A stretch of 64,000 nt of DNA from an uncultured Nitrososphaerales archaeon (GCA_963713605.1 CAVQMO010000003.1:128001-192000); one strand, 5' to 3'. Positions 32,277 to 43,633 are shown, counted from the stretch's first letter. Numbers and translations: made by a program. The notes: generated by a model not told the origin, from the sequence alone.

Positions 32277-32768
32277 TCATACTATCTCTATTGTTCCTTT
32301 CATCTCTGGATGTATAGTACAATAATACTCAAAGGTACCCTTTTTATCTGCAAGAAAAGTAATTGTCTGAGTTTCAAAATATCCCAAGTCTCTAGTATGG
32401 ACATTAAATTCATCGACGTTAAGGTTATGTTTTGAATGTGTTTCATAATCTTCATTTATAACATGCATTGATTGTAGGCTTCCTAAATTAAAAACATACT
32501 TTGGATCTATATGAGGTCCTCCGCCTCCAGTGTTCCTCATTCCTTTCACTGCCCCACTTGCCTGGCTTAAATATTCGTAACCATTCGCCATAGAATGTGA
32601 AGCTTTTATAAAGATATTCTCTGCAGGGAGTAGTACGGGTGAATTACCATTTACAGGTACAAGTGATCTAACCCCAAATGTTACCCCCAAGGTTATGACC
32701 ACGCCTATAACAGCAATAATAATAACTAACCATTTCTTTGATATCTTGCTTTCTCTAGCATACTGCAT
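32277..32768 (-). CDS. Membrane-anchored cupredoxin (type-1 copper) protein
   Basis: TM helix, HNL, YYCTIHPEMKG ligand loop. Likely start MQYARE at 32768; the upstream part of the ORF belongs to another gene. Confidence 0.85.
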   Translation of the reverse strand: MQYARESKISKKWLVIIIAVIGVVITLGVTFGVRSLVPVNGNSPVLLPAENIFIKASHSMANGYEYLSQASGAVKGMRNTGGGGPHIDPKYVFNLGSLQSMHVINEDYETHSKHNLNVDEFNVHTRDLGYFETQTITFLADKKGTFEYYCTIHPEMKGTIEIV

Positions 32769-32869
32769 CTTACGCTTATTTTTGCTCTTTGTCGTAATAA
32801 GGCTGAGTTTATATAATATATATGCAAGACTTAACCATGTTAATCGATCAGTAATCGCATAAATAATAC

Positions 32870-33067
32870 ACCCTTCCGGACGTCCTAACTCGTCACCATA
32901 ATAAAAATGGTATACCGTGTGGTCATCTTGATTTACTGTTAGTTTTACTAGTCTTAGTCCCAAATCACCAGTGTAGAAATCTAGTTCTTCTGTGGATTGC
33001 TTGTTATTGCTGTAACATGATGTATCCCAAAAACGCCTTTATGCACGCTATCGTTACTACTTGTCAT
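32870..33067 (-). pseudogene. Ring-cleaving dioxygenase (MhqO-like VOC) N-terminal remnant
   Basis: GIHHVTAITSNPQKN/DFYTGDLGLRLVKLTVNQDDHTVYHFYYGDELGRP with one frameshift, then truncated. Confidence 0.85.
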
Positions 33068-33110
33068 CTAACTATTTCCTCATGCAGTTTATTTTGTACT
33101 TTCCCTAACC

Positions 33111-33227
33111 TTAATGCTTTCTAACCAGAATATTATTGTCTTCTACTTTTACTTCATAAATTGGAACTGCCAGCCGTGCTGGAGGCTTAGTTGGTTCGCC
33201 AGTCCTAACATCAAATTTTGAACCATG
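33111..33227 (-). pseudogene. Rieske [2Fe-2S] ferredoxin C-terminal remnant
   Basis: HGSKFDVRTGEPTKPPARLAVPIYEVKVEDNNILVRKH*. Confidence 0.8.
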
Positions 33228-33421
33228 CCTTATGGATCGGTTTTGGATCTACGACTTAAATTGTAATACAAGAGCTGAGTCAGTTCTATCAATGATCATC
33301 TATTATTGTAATGCTTATCGCTGATAATGCTGAGCTTGTGCGCATGAACTCAAATAGACAGACTTTTTCATTTACTTATTTTGTATATATTATTACAGAC
33401 CAGACCTAGATTGACGCAAAA

Positions 33422-34645
33422 TTACAGAAAATTTAACAACTTATCTTTCCAGGTATTATCTGCTTTATGAGGAGGATCCAATTGTAACCAGTAATCGTAT
33501 GCATGTTTATACTTATTATACCAGTCTAGACAGTTCTTTTCTGTTTCCGTACTATTAGAATGCATTTTAACTACTTTAGCTCCTCCTCCTTCTTCTTTAA
33601 TTTGTGTTTCTTCCATACGTTTCATTTTAGAGAGGTATACTTCATTATTATCAATATTCTTCATGTATTCTTTTATTACGGGACTTTCTATGTTGTGCCA
33701 AATCAATATTCCATCTACGTTGCGAGATGCGATTGATAGTGTTGAGATCACAAGACGATCAGACGGAGGACTATAGTTTTGTCTAGTATAGTTGTGAGTA
33801 ATCGTTGGATATACAACATATTTCATAGGTTTATTATCAAAGAGTTCTCCAAAAAGATGTAATTGTGGTTCTAATGCAGACACATTATAATAGCAACCAC
33901 TTACTGCAATAATACCATCCACATAGTTTTGAAATTCGTCTACGACTACATTTGTCTTTTTACCTTCAAAGTATACAGTAGGAAAGAATTTTACATCTTC
34001 TCTCTTGTGCTTAAGCGCATCTATTAGATTTGAATAATCCATAAAATCAATGTTATACTCAAATTTTGTATCATTTCTTGTGCTAATCCAATTGAAATCG
34101 TCGATAGTAAATCCTTCAAATGAGTTGGGATGCCTCTGCTTGAGAGAATTGAAATAATTAATCCAACCATTCCAATCATAATTTCCATTTGGACCTCCTT
34201 CAGATGGTGGGAGTAGAATTATTATTATTTTCAGTTTGTTATCTAGATTTTCAGCTGACTGTAATAATGATTCCATCGAATCAATTAACCTAGAATTTTC
34301 AAAATCACTCATTACGAAATAGTACTCATCAAATCCTAGTGTAATAATGTCAGATATTGCTCTACTTTGGTTAATTCCTCTTAATTCTTCGAGAGTATGA
34401 TTACTATTAGAAATTGGGCCCCATACCCCGACCGTCTTATTAATTTCAATAATGGAATTCGAAAGATCTTCAAAAGAAGAGTTGGTTACTTCCGCTTTCC
34501 AATTTTGTTTTTTGAGAATCGGTTTGATATCATTATTATCTACTACGGAGGCCTTGACAAAAGTATTGTAAGTTGGATTGAAACTGAACAAAGTAATGAT
34601 AATTGCGATGGAGAGCACATACAAAAGGAGTAATTCAAATATCAA
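33422..34645 (-). CDS. Secreted/anchored hypothetical protein, possibly glycoside-hydrolase-like
   Basis: N-terminal TM, aromatic-rich, FTIDDFNW acidic motif; fold call is tentative. Confidence 0.65.
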   Translation of the reverse strand: MIFELLLLYVLSIAIIITLFSFNPTYNTFVKASVVDNNDIKPILKKQNWKAEVTNSSFEDLSNSIIEINKTVGVWGPISNSNHTLEELRGINQSRAISDIITLGFDEYYFVMSDFENSRLIDSMESLLQSAENLDNKLKIIIILLPPSEGGPNGNYDWNGWINYFNSLKQRHPNSFEGFTIDDFNWISTRNDTKFEYNIDFMDYSNLIDALKHKREDVKFFPTVYFEGKKTNVVVDEFQNYVDGIIAVSGCYYNVSALEPQLHLFGELFDNKPMKYVVYPTITHNYTRQNYSPPSDRLVISTLSIASRNVDGILIWHNIESPVIKEYMKNIDNNEVYLSKMKRMEETQIKEEGGGAKVVKMHSNSTETEKNCLDWYNKYKHAYDYWLQLDPPHKADNTWKDKLLNFL

Positions 34646-34958
34646 GGATGTCTTCGTAACTAATTGTGTGGGTTCATATAATTCTTTTAAGTGTATGAAA
34701 TATCAAATATCAAAAGTAGTTTTGAATAAATAGATTTTTAGGATTAACCTTAGTAATTAGCGGATGTTATGTGGATAAGAACTATTATCTTGCCGTATAA
34801 ATCGATAAGGATTGAAAATGTAAATGCCTTATATAGTTGCGTTAAGGATTCCATATGGTAAACTTATCATTTATTAGGGTTGGCATATACTTATCTTAAA
34901 TAAAACGCTGACGCTTACAAATATGAGGAAATAGAAACTGTTACTTCAAAAGACTGAA

Positions 34959-35213
34959 ATGTCATACATCCAATATGTCAACGTGCTACATAGTAAAAAG
35001 ACTAAAGAAAAATACACTGAATTTCTAAACGCCTTCCTTACATACGCTGATATCGGCTGCGATGAGATATTGCAAATGGAGACTAAGCAAGTACAATCCC
35101 TGCTTATTCAATATATTATAGACATGCGGGATAAAATGAAATTGGCACCCAATTCAATGAAGGTTCGTCTAGCAGCAGTAAAGACATTTCTTCAACTCAG
35201 GCTTTATCACTAG
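34959..35213 (+). pseudogene. Tyrosine integrase N-terminal (core-binding) fragment
   Basis: SKKTKEKY...FL.Y...LIQYIIDMRDKMKLAPNSMKVRLAAVKTF; no catalytic domain follows. Confidence 0.65.
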
Positions 35214-35448
35214 CACATGATAGGCTTACAATAATAAGATATGATTTCTTGTTTGTAATTCTTACGTCTTGATACTTCAGACTTCCAGTCCCTAAACGTT
35301 ACATGGTACAATGTCCCAAATATGGTACCCAGAATCAGGCATGTTGATTAAAAATTCTGAGAGATAACTTGTAAGGGCAAATGCCAACCACACAGGCGTT
35401 GATTATCATCTAAAACCTTACATATGATTTCATAACTAACGCAATTAT

Positions 35449-35760
35449 ATGAGCCATTTTCTTTACAAGCTTATTTCTCCTCGTTCAACCTTCCCTCAAG
35501 ACATGACAAGAGGAGAAATGAAAGTGATGCAAGAACATCTTACATACTGGAAGGAATTAACTTACAAGAATTTCGTGGTCATCTTTGGGCCTGTTGCTGA
35601 TCCAAATGGAATATATGGTTTGGCGATTGTTGAAGCTGATGATGAAGCAGTTGTCAATGGCTTTGGCATAAATGATCCCGCAATAAAGGCAGATCTAGGC
35701 TTTAGATTCGAGGTTTTTCCTATGCTCCAGCCTATCTTGAGAGAGAAGAATTACCTTTAG
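35449..35760 (+). CDS. YciI-family protein
   Basis: MQEHLTYW, FGPVADPNGIYGLAIVEA, NDPAI. Confidence 0.85.
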   Translation: MSHFLYKLISPRSTFPQDMTRGEMKVMQEHLTYWKELTYKNFVVIFGPVADPNGIYGLAIVEADDEAVVNGFGINDPAIKADLGFRFEVFPMLQPILREKNYL

Positions 35761-35789
35761 CATTTAGTTCCTTTCTAATGTTATGAGAG

Positions 35790-36118
35790 GTGTCAGAAGT
35801 GAATAACAATTTTGTAAGGGTTGCAGAAGCAAAAGACATTAAACCATCTGAAATGCTTGCAGTTGAAGTAGAACATGAGGAGAGTGTTTGCATTGCTAAT
35901 ATTGATGGAAAGTACTACGCAATTGGAAATGTTTATACCATGAGGGTGGTCCTCTTGCAGATGGAGCACTTGACGGTTATGAAGTCGAATGTCCATGGCA
36001 TGGTTCCAAATTTGATATTAGGACAGGTAAAGTAACAAATCCTCCAGCTAGCGAGCCAGAGTAAATCTATGATGTTAAGGTTGATGATAATAGCATACTA
36101 ATTAGAAAGCACCAATGA
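35790..36118 (+). pseudogene. Rieske [2Fe-2S] ferredoxin pseudogene
   Basis: YYAIGNVY/HEGGPLADG...VECPWHGSKFDIRTG; first Cys ligand lost, one frameshift and an in-frame TAA. Confidence 0.85.
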
Positions 36119-36369
36119 GTAATAATTCTAAAAGTAGCCCCGAGGAAAAGAATAACATTCACACGTGATAGATACTCAACAGCTTAAGAAACAGGGATTC
36201 CAGGTGATTTTGGAGGCAACACCAAGATACTATTCGACTTGGCGAAGTGCAGTTCCGGTACATGCACTGAGATTGGTACCAGAGCTGTAAATATATGGAC
36301 TAACACCCTAGCCTCATATCTTCTATAAATATTACTGTCATAATAACAACTTGTAATGATGTATTGCAT

Positions 36370-36583
36370 ATGACTAACAAGGAAATATTAGTTATTGGTG
36401 GTGTTGCTGCCGGTACAAGTGCGGCATCAAAAGCTAAAAGAATTGATCCTGATGCTGATGTAAAGATAATTCAGGATGAAAAAGGAGGTCTCATATGGTG
36501 CTTGTGGAATGCCATATGTCATTGAAGGTATAGTAAAGGAGTTTCACGATCTAATAGAAAGACCAGCAGATGTATTCAACTAA
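36370..36583 (+). pseudogene. CoA-disulfide reductase / NADH oxidase N-terminal fragment
   Basis: ILVIGGVAAGTSAASKAKR.../VSYGACGMPY; frameshifted and truncated after about 70 codons. Confidence 0.85.
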
Positions 36584-36970
36584 GTTAGGAAGAACTCCTA
36601 CTCTTTTACTACTATAACTGCATGCAGTATCAGTTTTTTATAGCTATCTACTGTTCAAGGTATAGGGAAGGGGACTTCTAATCTTGACTCTCAAACTCAA
36701 GCAGCGCGGGATTCAGAAAAAAGTTTTGACAAGCGTGATAGCGAACTCCTGTATCGAAGCCACAATTCGTTACATGTAACGGCGCGAAGTTTGGCTACTA
36801 TTATTAAGGATGCACCTGCTGCGTTCAGTCATGAAGGCATGCATGCTCTGCTTGAAACAAATGGACCATAATTTGCACATGCTATTTTGACCACAAAAGA
36901 GTTGCTACGCTCGTTGCCTACTCAACAAGGAAACCACTTTGCTTAATAATGAGCACAATACTTTACTCTT

Positions 36971-37832
36971 ATGCGTAATAATACAGAAGCGCGCAAATTT
37001 AGATTCAACCAAAATGCCTTAATTTTATTGTGCTTGAGTGCTGTGGTCACTGCAGCTGGACTTGCATCAACTTTATCTTTGGGTTCGGCCACTCCAGAGA
37101 ATAAAACATTAATGCAACCTCAGGGAACACAAGTTATGTCAAATACTACTAGTAATGCCATAAATGTAGTTTTAGTCCATGGTGGGTGGGCTGATGGATC
37201 TGGATGGTACAAACAAATCCCTATTCTGGAAAAAGCAGGACACAAGGTTATCGCTGTTCAACTTCCTCTTCATTCCTTGGCTGACGATGTCGAAACTGTA
37301 AAACGCGCTATTTCGCATATTGGTGGACCAGTGACCCTTGTAGGCCATTCGTATGGCGGAGCGGTAATCACGAATGCTGCGTTATAATAATCCTAACGTC
37401 ACAGGGCTCGTCTATATTGCTGCCTTTGCTCCAGATGAAGGCCAATCGTTGTCGACTTTCGTCAATCCAGCGGACTTCCCGAAGGAACTCTTCATGCCTG
37501 ACAGTGGTGGGTTTATCTACTTAAATCCAAAAATATTCAGAGAGAATTTTGCTCAAGACGTTGATCCTGCTGAGGCCAACATTATGGCAATTACACAGAA
37601 GCCTTTCCATCAATCGAACTTTGTTGCACCATCAGGTCCTCCCGCATGGAAAGAATTACCAACCTGGTATCAAATTTCTGAGTCAGATCATATGATACCT
37701 CCAGATGTCCAGCATACATTCGCTGAACAAATGAATGCTACCACTCTGTCGCTTAACGCCAGCCACGCATCATATGTGTCACATCCAAATGAAATTGCCG
37801 ACTTCATCCTTAATGCAACAAAAGGAAAGTAA
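36971..37832 (+). CDS. Secreted alpha/beta hydrolase, split by a +1 frameshift near 37381
   Basis: VVLVHGGWADGSGW, GHSYGG, LVYIAAFAPDEG, DHMIPP, ASHA; the two ORFs join on removing one base. Confidence 0.85.
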
Positions 37833-38366
37833 TTGGTGAAAAATCAATCGGTTAAGAACTTCTTTTTTTTACTTTATTTCTGAGATAGTTAATACAAAAG
37901 TCGACCAACACTATTTCAGTTTCTTATAAAAGGATAGAGATTGGTCCGAGGTCGTGTGCAGATTAGCCGGCTAACTCTAGCTGTTTAGACTATTATTAGG
38001 AAAGTTAACCTTACAATAGTAGAATGTGTACAGGTTCTCTGTCGCACTATCTTCTACTATGATTAATTGTAACTACATGATCTATTGTCAAAAGGATCTT
38101 AAATGCTAGATTCAATATTGTTACAACCTGACAAAATCGGCCTAGATAGGACGACTAATCAGCCTTTCTCTAACCCGGCCGTCCTATTTCTTTTCACATA
38201 TTCGAGAAATAGCTGTAATAGGCTGAAATTCTTGTACGAATCGATTAGAATTTCTTAGGGTACCTTTCAGAATTCTGGCATAGGATGATGCAAATCCCCA
38301 GAATTCGACAATAATTTATGAATTACATTATATACTACATACTTGAATGATTTTATTGAACATGCA

Positions 38367-38492
38367 TTGAAAAACTGTAGCAAGTGCTTTAAAAAACTTA
38401 CTCCTGCCGAGACTGACCTATTCGTTGAGGATGAAAATACAATCTGCAGAGATTGTTGGGTCAACCAAGTTTTTGAACAGGTTTCAGCCTAA
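38367..38492 (+). CDS. Small zinc-finger protein, 41 aa, TTG start (alternative 38343; not in ORF track)
   Basis: LKNCSKCFKKLTPAETDLFVEDENTICRDCWVNQVFEQVSA*; upstream TTATATA and downstream T-tract. Confidence 0.6.
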   Translation: MKNCSKCFKKLTPAETDLFVEDENTICRDCWVNQVFEQVSA

Positions 38493-39566
38493 AGCTTCTT
38501 TTTTGTTACTAGTTCAATATAACTAAAGTCCAGAGTGCGTCTACCTTTCCTTGTCATCAATGAAATCTTGTAAAGCTTGAACTGTCTTTTCTAATTCATA
38601 TACACGCTTTGTAAGGTTACTTATCAAGTTCATCGTATTCTCATGTTCTATGAACCAGATTGACTAATCAACGACCTAACCTTATCTTTTCAATACTAAT
38701 TTCGGTAATAGTGATCTGGATACTTGTTAGACAAAGATAAGTTAGATAAATAACAAGACTTGAGGTGTCCAGAAAACATATATTTATCAGACTTAAAATT
38801 TGCAATTCTTCTATTTAGGATTCTCGACAATTAAGATCTAAACAGAGCCAAAGGTGATACTTCCCAACGCTTCAGAGTTTTTCCTCTTAGGCAACAACAT
38901 TAGGAATTTCCTGCAGATACGATTCAATAGTCAAGAAATATATGGAATAGTCACTTCGTCTGTTGACATGAATGGGAATCCGATTTTTAGGTCAAAGATA
39001 TAATAACATAATAACGTGTTCAGCTCTTATCAGAAGGGGGTGGGAAAGAATGAGGCGACAATATTTTGTCTTAACTCTGATAGTTAAAGTCGTCCAGTGT
39101 CGACAACAGATTGGCCATATTTTAGATAGTGCGTTGATCAACAGCAGAAGCTTGCACCGAATGGCTAATTCCATGATTAATGATGCCTTTATTTCGGACA
39201 GCAGATACCGAGCTAGATAGGTTTAGGTTGGAAAATAAGAAAGATTGTTGTCATCACACTCTTACATAGAAAGCAGACAAGCTATCAAATCCAATTGCAA
39301 TAATTGGGCCAATTAAGTATTCGAAACCAATGTTGAACAAGATTTCGAATGAATCAAGGAATGAAAATGGATAATGTCGTCACGCTGTTTACCTTCTACT
39401 GATGATAAAGTTCAAGATCAGTGTACCAAGTCGTAGAATCTAGATTGCCCGAATACTTCTTTATTTGCAAATCTAGAAATTACATAGGACTAAACTGTAT
39501 TTATAGTCATAATCACTACCTTATATACCATATTATCATAAGGATCAAACCAATTCTTACAAAAGC

Positions 39567-40929
39567 TTACCTCAGTGACGTGAAGAATACTTGTTTTTTA
39601 CCATTTGCATCATTTGACCATACTGCAAATACTCTGCCGTCATTCGAAGAAGCAATATCTGGGTCGGTAGAATTGTCATTGGGGTTGCTTAAGTTTATAG
39701 TATCACCAAAGCTAGCTCCACCATCTGTACTATTTCTTGATAAGATATCATTTAAGCTTACTATTGCTGACCTGATCCTGCCATATAATGAATACGCTTG
39801 ATGTGTTAGTGACACTAGTTTCAGGATTCATGGAATTACCTCTACTATTGCTTACATTAATCGTATCACCAAAACTGGCCCCATCATCAGTACTTCTTTT
39901 GAAGAATATATCGTCACCCTTTGCTTTCTGATTTTGCCAGACTACGAATACGTACGGAGTAGATATACTAAATTCAGGCCTTATTGAAGCTCCCGTATTA
40001 TTGCTTAAGTTTATAGTATCACCAAAGCTAGCCCCACTATCTGTACTCCTTCTATAATAGACTTCGCCATTATTGAATGGACCTTCAGACCATGCAGTAT
40101 AAACATTCTCAGTTAACAGTGCTAAGCTTGGTAATGTAGAATGAGTGTTGTGGCTGTTGCTCAGGTTTATAGTATCACCAAAGCTAGCCCCACCATCTGT
40201 AATTCTTCTGAAGAATATGTCGGTGAGATTACTGTCGAAATCACCTTGTGACCAGACTACGTAAACACTGGATTTATCTGAAGCAACTTGCGGTTCGATT
40301 GCGTCTTGGTTTTTAGCGGTATTGTTACTTAAAGTCAGCTGCTCAGACAGACCTGTCTCAAAGCTAGCCCCACTATCTGTACTTCTTTTAAAGTATATTT
40401 GTTCTGTTCCTGTGCTATCATCCCTCCATACTACAAAGATATTCTCATTATTTGATGACGCAATATATGGATCAGTAGAATCTCCTGTATTATTACTCAA
40501 GTTTATAGTATCACCAAAGCTAGCCCCACTATCTGTACTTCTTTTGAAGAGTATTTCTGATGTGCCATTAACTCCTTGAGTCTCATCTTGCCATACCACA
40601 TACATGGTATCATTTGTTGGAATATTCACCTGATAGTTGTATGAATCTCCCAAATTATTACTCAAGTTTATAATATCACCAAAGCTAGCCCCACTATCTG
40701 TACTTCTTTTAAAGTAGATATCATCGTTACCTATTGTAAGATCCATCCAAAAAACATAGACGATATTATCAACAGAAAAGACTTGAGCATTATGTGCATC
40801 TGTTTGGTTCGGGCTCAGATTCAGATGTTTGTCTATGGGTACGGCATTTGCATGAATTAATAGTGAAGAGACATTAAATGATACTACTAAATAAAACGTA
40901 ATTGCAATTAATGGTATCTTTCTTGCCAA
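39567..40929 (-). CDS. Secreted BNR/Asp-box repeat (sialidase-like) beta-propeller, +1 frameshift near 39771
   Basis: Seven STDxGASF(GDTINLSN)-type repeats; the two ORFs join on removing one base. Confidence 0.85.
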
Positions 40930-41193
40930 TTTCTCTCAGACTACTTTTTGAGTCAAAATATTATATGATCTTTACGTATATATGTCTATTATTTAGTGCA
41001 ATTCGGTACCATTTGCACGACTTTTTTTAAACCGACCGAATTTTTCCAATAATGACGTAATTTATTCCAACATACACTTGTCGTTTAATCTCTAATTACT
41101 GCTCGAAAGTGCTTCTTTATGTCTGATATCGCTCAAAGCACTTCAGATACAGTTCAGTAAAAAGAATTTAACATACGCTATGAAATAGAGTCT

Positions 41194-43176
41194 ATGAAAG
41201 GGATAACTGAAATTAGGGTTGACTTTTCGCTAAAAAGGGAAGTATTCTACATTGTAATAGGCTCGATAGTAGGAGCAATATTTATGATACTCGCAAAGAT
41301 GATCCTGGATTCCCAGACAGGGATTCCGTACGATATCACATGGATAGCATTCGGGCATCTTCTAGGAGTTTTTTCGCCGACCGCATCTGCAATCCTTGCA
41401 GGGATAACAATTCATATGATTACTGCTCTCTCAATCGGAATTGCGATAGGTGTATTCCTTTACAAAACTAATATCCTGATCATAAGCAAGTTATCAAACG
41501 GCGTTTTATACGGGCTCTTTGCTGGTAGTGTTGTATATATTATCTTCTTTATTCCGGTGTATGAATCGGTATTGACACATGAGATTGCTAGTACCCTGAA
41601 CACAGTTGGGGACGTAGAATATGCTACGGAATATCTTGAGAGGAATTTCTTTACAATAATGATTGGTTGGCTCATAATACATCTAGTTTATGGAGTTATA
41701 TTAGGGACGGTTTCATCACTATTGTCAATTAGGTTTGGAAGCAGATACAGATGTTCAAAGTGCGACATTTCATTTTCAAGGATCGATTCATACCAGAAGC
41801 ATATTAAATTAGTACACGGAGACATTCCCATTCAACAGACAAGAATACTAATTTTAGGAGGGGGATTTGCAGGTATACAGGTCTTGATGCAATTGCAAGA
41901 AGCGTTTCAAAATAACATCGGCGTAGATCTAACACTCGTGAGTAGAGACAATTTCTTTCTCTTCACTCCGATGCTCCCTGAGGTATCTTCAGGAATGATA
42001 GAAACAAGAAATATAGTAACACCAGTAAGGGCATTCTGTAATAGAGCAAGGTTTTATGAGGCTGGTATTGACGCAATAGATCTCAAAAATAAGGAGATAG
42101 CCATTAGCCATGCTCTCGGAAGGCAAAGTAATCCTATTGGTCGAAGAAGTCATAATCTGAAGTTCGATTATCTTGTTATTGCTCTGGGAAATGAAACCAA
42201 CTTCTTTGATATTGAAGATGTAACTAAGAACTCTTTTACAATAAAGACATTAGGAGATGCAATAGTCTTGAGGAACCATGTAATAAATATGTTAGAGCAA
42301 GCCGATATAGAACACGAGGATGCCGATCTTAGAAAGAATCTAATGACATTTGTAGTAGCGGGAGGTGGATTCTCTGGAGTTGAAACCGTTGGTGAATTAA
42401 ATGATTTCATACGTGAGTCCATCAAACAATTTTATCACAACATTAATGAAGCGGATGCAAGGATAGTTCTCGTTAGCTCCGGTCAAAGAATCCTACCAGA
42501 AGTAACTGAAGATCTGTCAGAATTTGCATTAAATAAAATAAGAAAAAGTGGAGTGGAAGTACTTCTCAATACACGTCTTCAAGCAGCTGATACTAATAAT
42601 GTTAAGTTAAGTGACGGCTCCATCATATCATGTAATACACTTGTATGGGCGGCCGGTAACAAACCCGATAATCTGATCAGAAATCTACCCTGTGAACATG
42701 ATAAAGGAGGAAGAGTCTTAACCAATAAATATCTTGAAGTTCAAGGACATGAATTTGTCTTTTCGCTTGGCGACTGTGCGTGTATAATTGATCATAATAC
42801 AGGTAAACCTTACCCACCGACGGCACAACATGCTTTAAAGCAAGGACGAATAGCAGCTCACAATATAGTGTATTCAGTTAGGACTGAGTCTGCACTAAAG
42901 GCAAATCATGATAAGAAAGGCAAGAAAGTATTCGATTATAAGACAAGAGGTGTGATGGCATTAATAGGAAGGCGTAATGGTGTTGGGGTACTATTTGGTC
43001 TCCGAGTGCACGGTTTCATTGGTTGGTGCGTCTGGCGGCTTTATTACCTGTCTACACTTCCTACTAAGCAAAAGAAATTAAGGGTGATGGTCGATTGGTT
43101 TATTGATCTGTTCTTCAAACGTGACGTAACTAGGCTTAAAATATCCTATGAAGAACGAAATTCATGGAACGGCTAG
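41194..43176 (+). CDS. ndh: Type II NADH dehydrogenase-like protein fused to an N-terminal membrane domain and C2H2 zinc finger
   Basis: 4 TM helices; CSKC...YQKHIKLVH; GGGFAG, FTPMLPEV, GGGFSGVE, LGDCA, PPTAQHA. Confidence 0.9.
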   Translation: MKGITEIRVDFSLKREVFYIVIGSIVGAIFMILAKMILDSQTGIPYDITWIAFGHLLGVFSPTASAILAGITIHMITALSIGIAIGVFLYKTNILIISKLSNGVLYGLFAGSVVYIIFFIPVYESVLTHEIASTLNTVGDVEYATEYLERNFFTIMIGWLIIHLVYGVILGTVSSLLSIRFGSRYRCSKCDISFSRIDSYQKHIKLVHGDIPIQQTRILILGGGFAGIQVLMQLQEAFQNNIGVDLTLVSRDNFFLFTPMLPEVSSGMIETRNIVTPVRAFCNRARFYEAGIDAIDLKNKEIAISHALGRQSNPIGRRSHNLKFDYLVIALGNETNFFDIEDVTKNSFTIKTLGDAIVLRNHVINMLEQADIEHEDADLRKNLMTFVVAGGGFSGVETVGELNDFIRESIKQFYHNINEADARIVLVSSGQRILPEVTEDLSEFALNKIRKSGVEVLLNTRLQAADTNNVKLSDGSIISCNTLVWAAGNKPDNLIRNLPCEHDKGGRVLTNKYLEVQGHEFVFSLGDCACIIDHNTGKPYPPTAQHALKQGRIAAHNIVYSVRTESALKANHDKKGKKVFDYKTRGVMALIGRRNGVGVLFGLRVHGFIGWCVWRLYYLSTLPTKQKKLRVMVDWFIDLFFKRDVTRLKISYEERNSWNG

Positions 43177-43439
43177 AATTGAGATAGTCCTTCTAACAGG
43201 GAGGAATAAAGAAAGACGAGAGGCCAAAACTGGTATTTGATCGTCATGAGATGGACGCAATAGTGAAAGCCACTTACTATATAGGGTAACGTATGTTGGC
43301 CGGTTTGTATTTAGTTATAGATTAAGAAGCTACGTTTCATATGTTGCTTCATCGCTCCAGCATATAGTACGCCCACGCTTGGTCGCCTGGAAGACGACGC
43401 AGATTGTTCGGCACAAATTATTGAAACACCATTGATTTG

Positions 43440-43530
43440 TACTTGTTCCTCTATTCTTGATTTTGTTCTATCTACTGACGCATTTTCATAAGATAATGCT
43501 TCATTTAGTTTGTCAATTAAGCTCTGAAAG
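43440..43530 (-). pseudogene. Possible ferritin-like domain fragment
   Basis: LIDKLNEALSYENASVDRTKSRIEE resembles helix 1 of ferritin-like proteins. Confidence 0.35.
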
Positions 43531-43633
43531 TAATTGCATCTTATTATCATAGCTCTTACTATAATACAAACACTTTTCATGCTCTACCAAATTATTTAAG
43601 ATTGTTTCTCAAAGAGTCAGCAAATTATTATTT

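Noticed and set aside
32277..32963. 228-aa ORF as a real dioxygenase-cupredoxin fusion
   Set aside because: The N-terminal part is a frameshifted, truncated relic that reads through an AT-rich promoter-like stretch; the cupredoxin has its own ATG at 32768.
34959..35213. Intact integrated element or provirus
   Set aside because: Integrase lacks its catalytic domain; no att repeats, tRNA target or viral genes seen.
38541..38633. 30-aa coiled-coil ORF on the minus strand (MNLISNLTKRVYELEKTVQALQDFIDDKER)
   Set aside because: Plausible but too short, with no motif support to call.
39689..40710. Regularly spaced 41-bp repeats as a CRISPR array or DGR
   Set aside because: They are in-frame coding BNR repeats with spacing of about 160-200 bp; no cas or reverse transcriptase gene is present.
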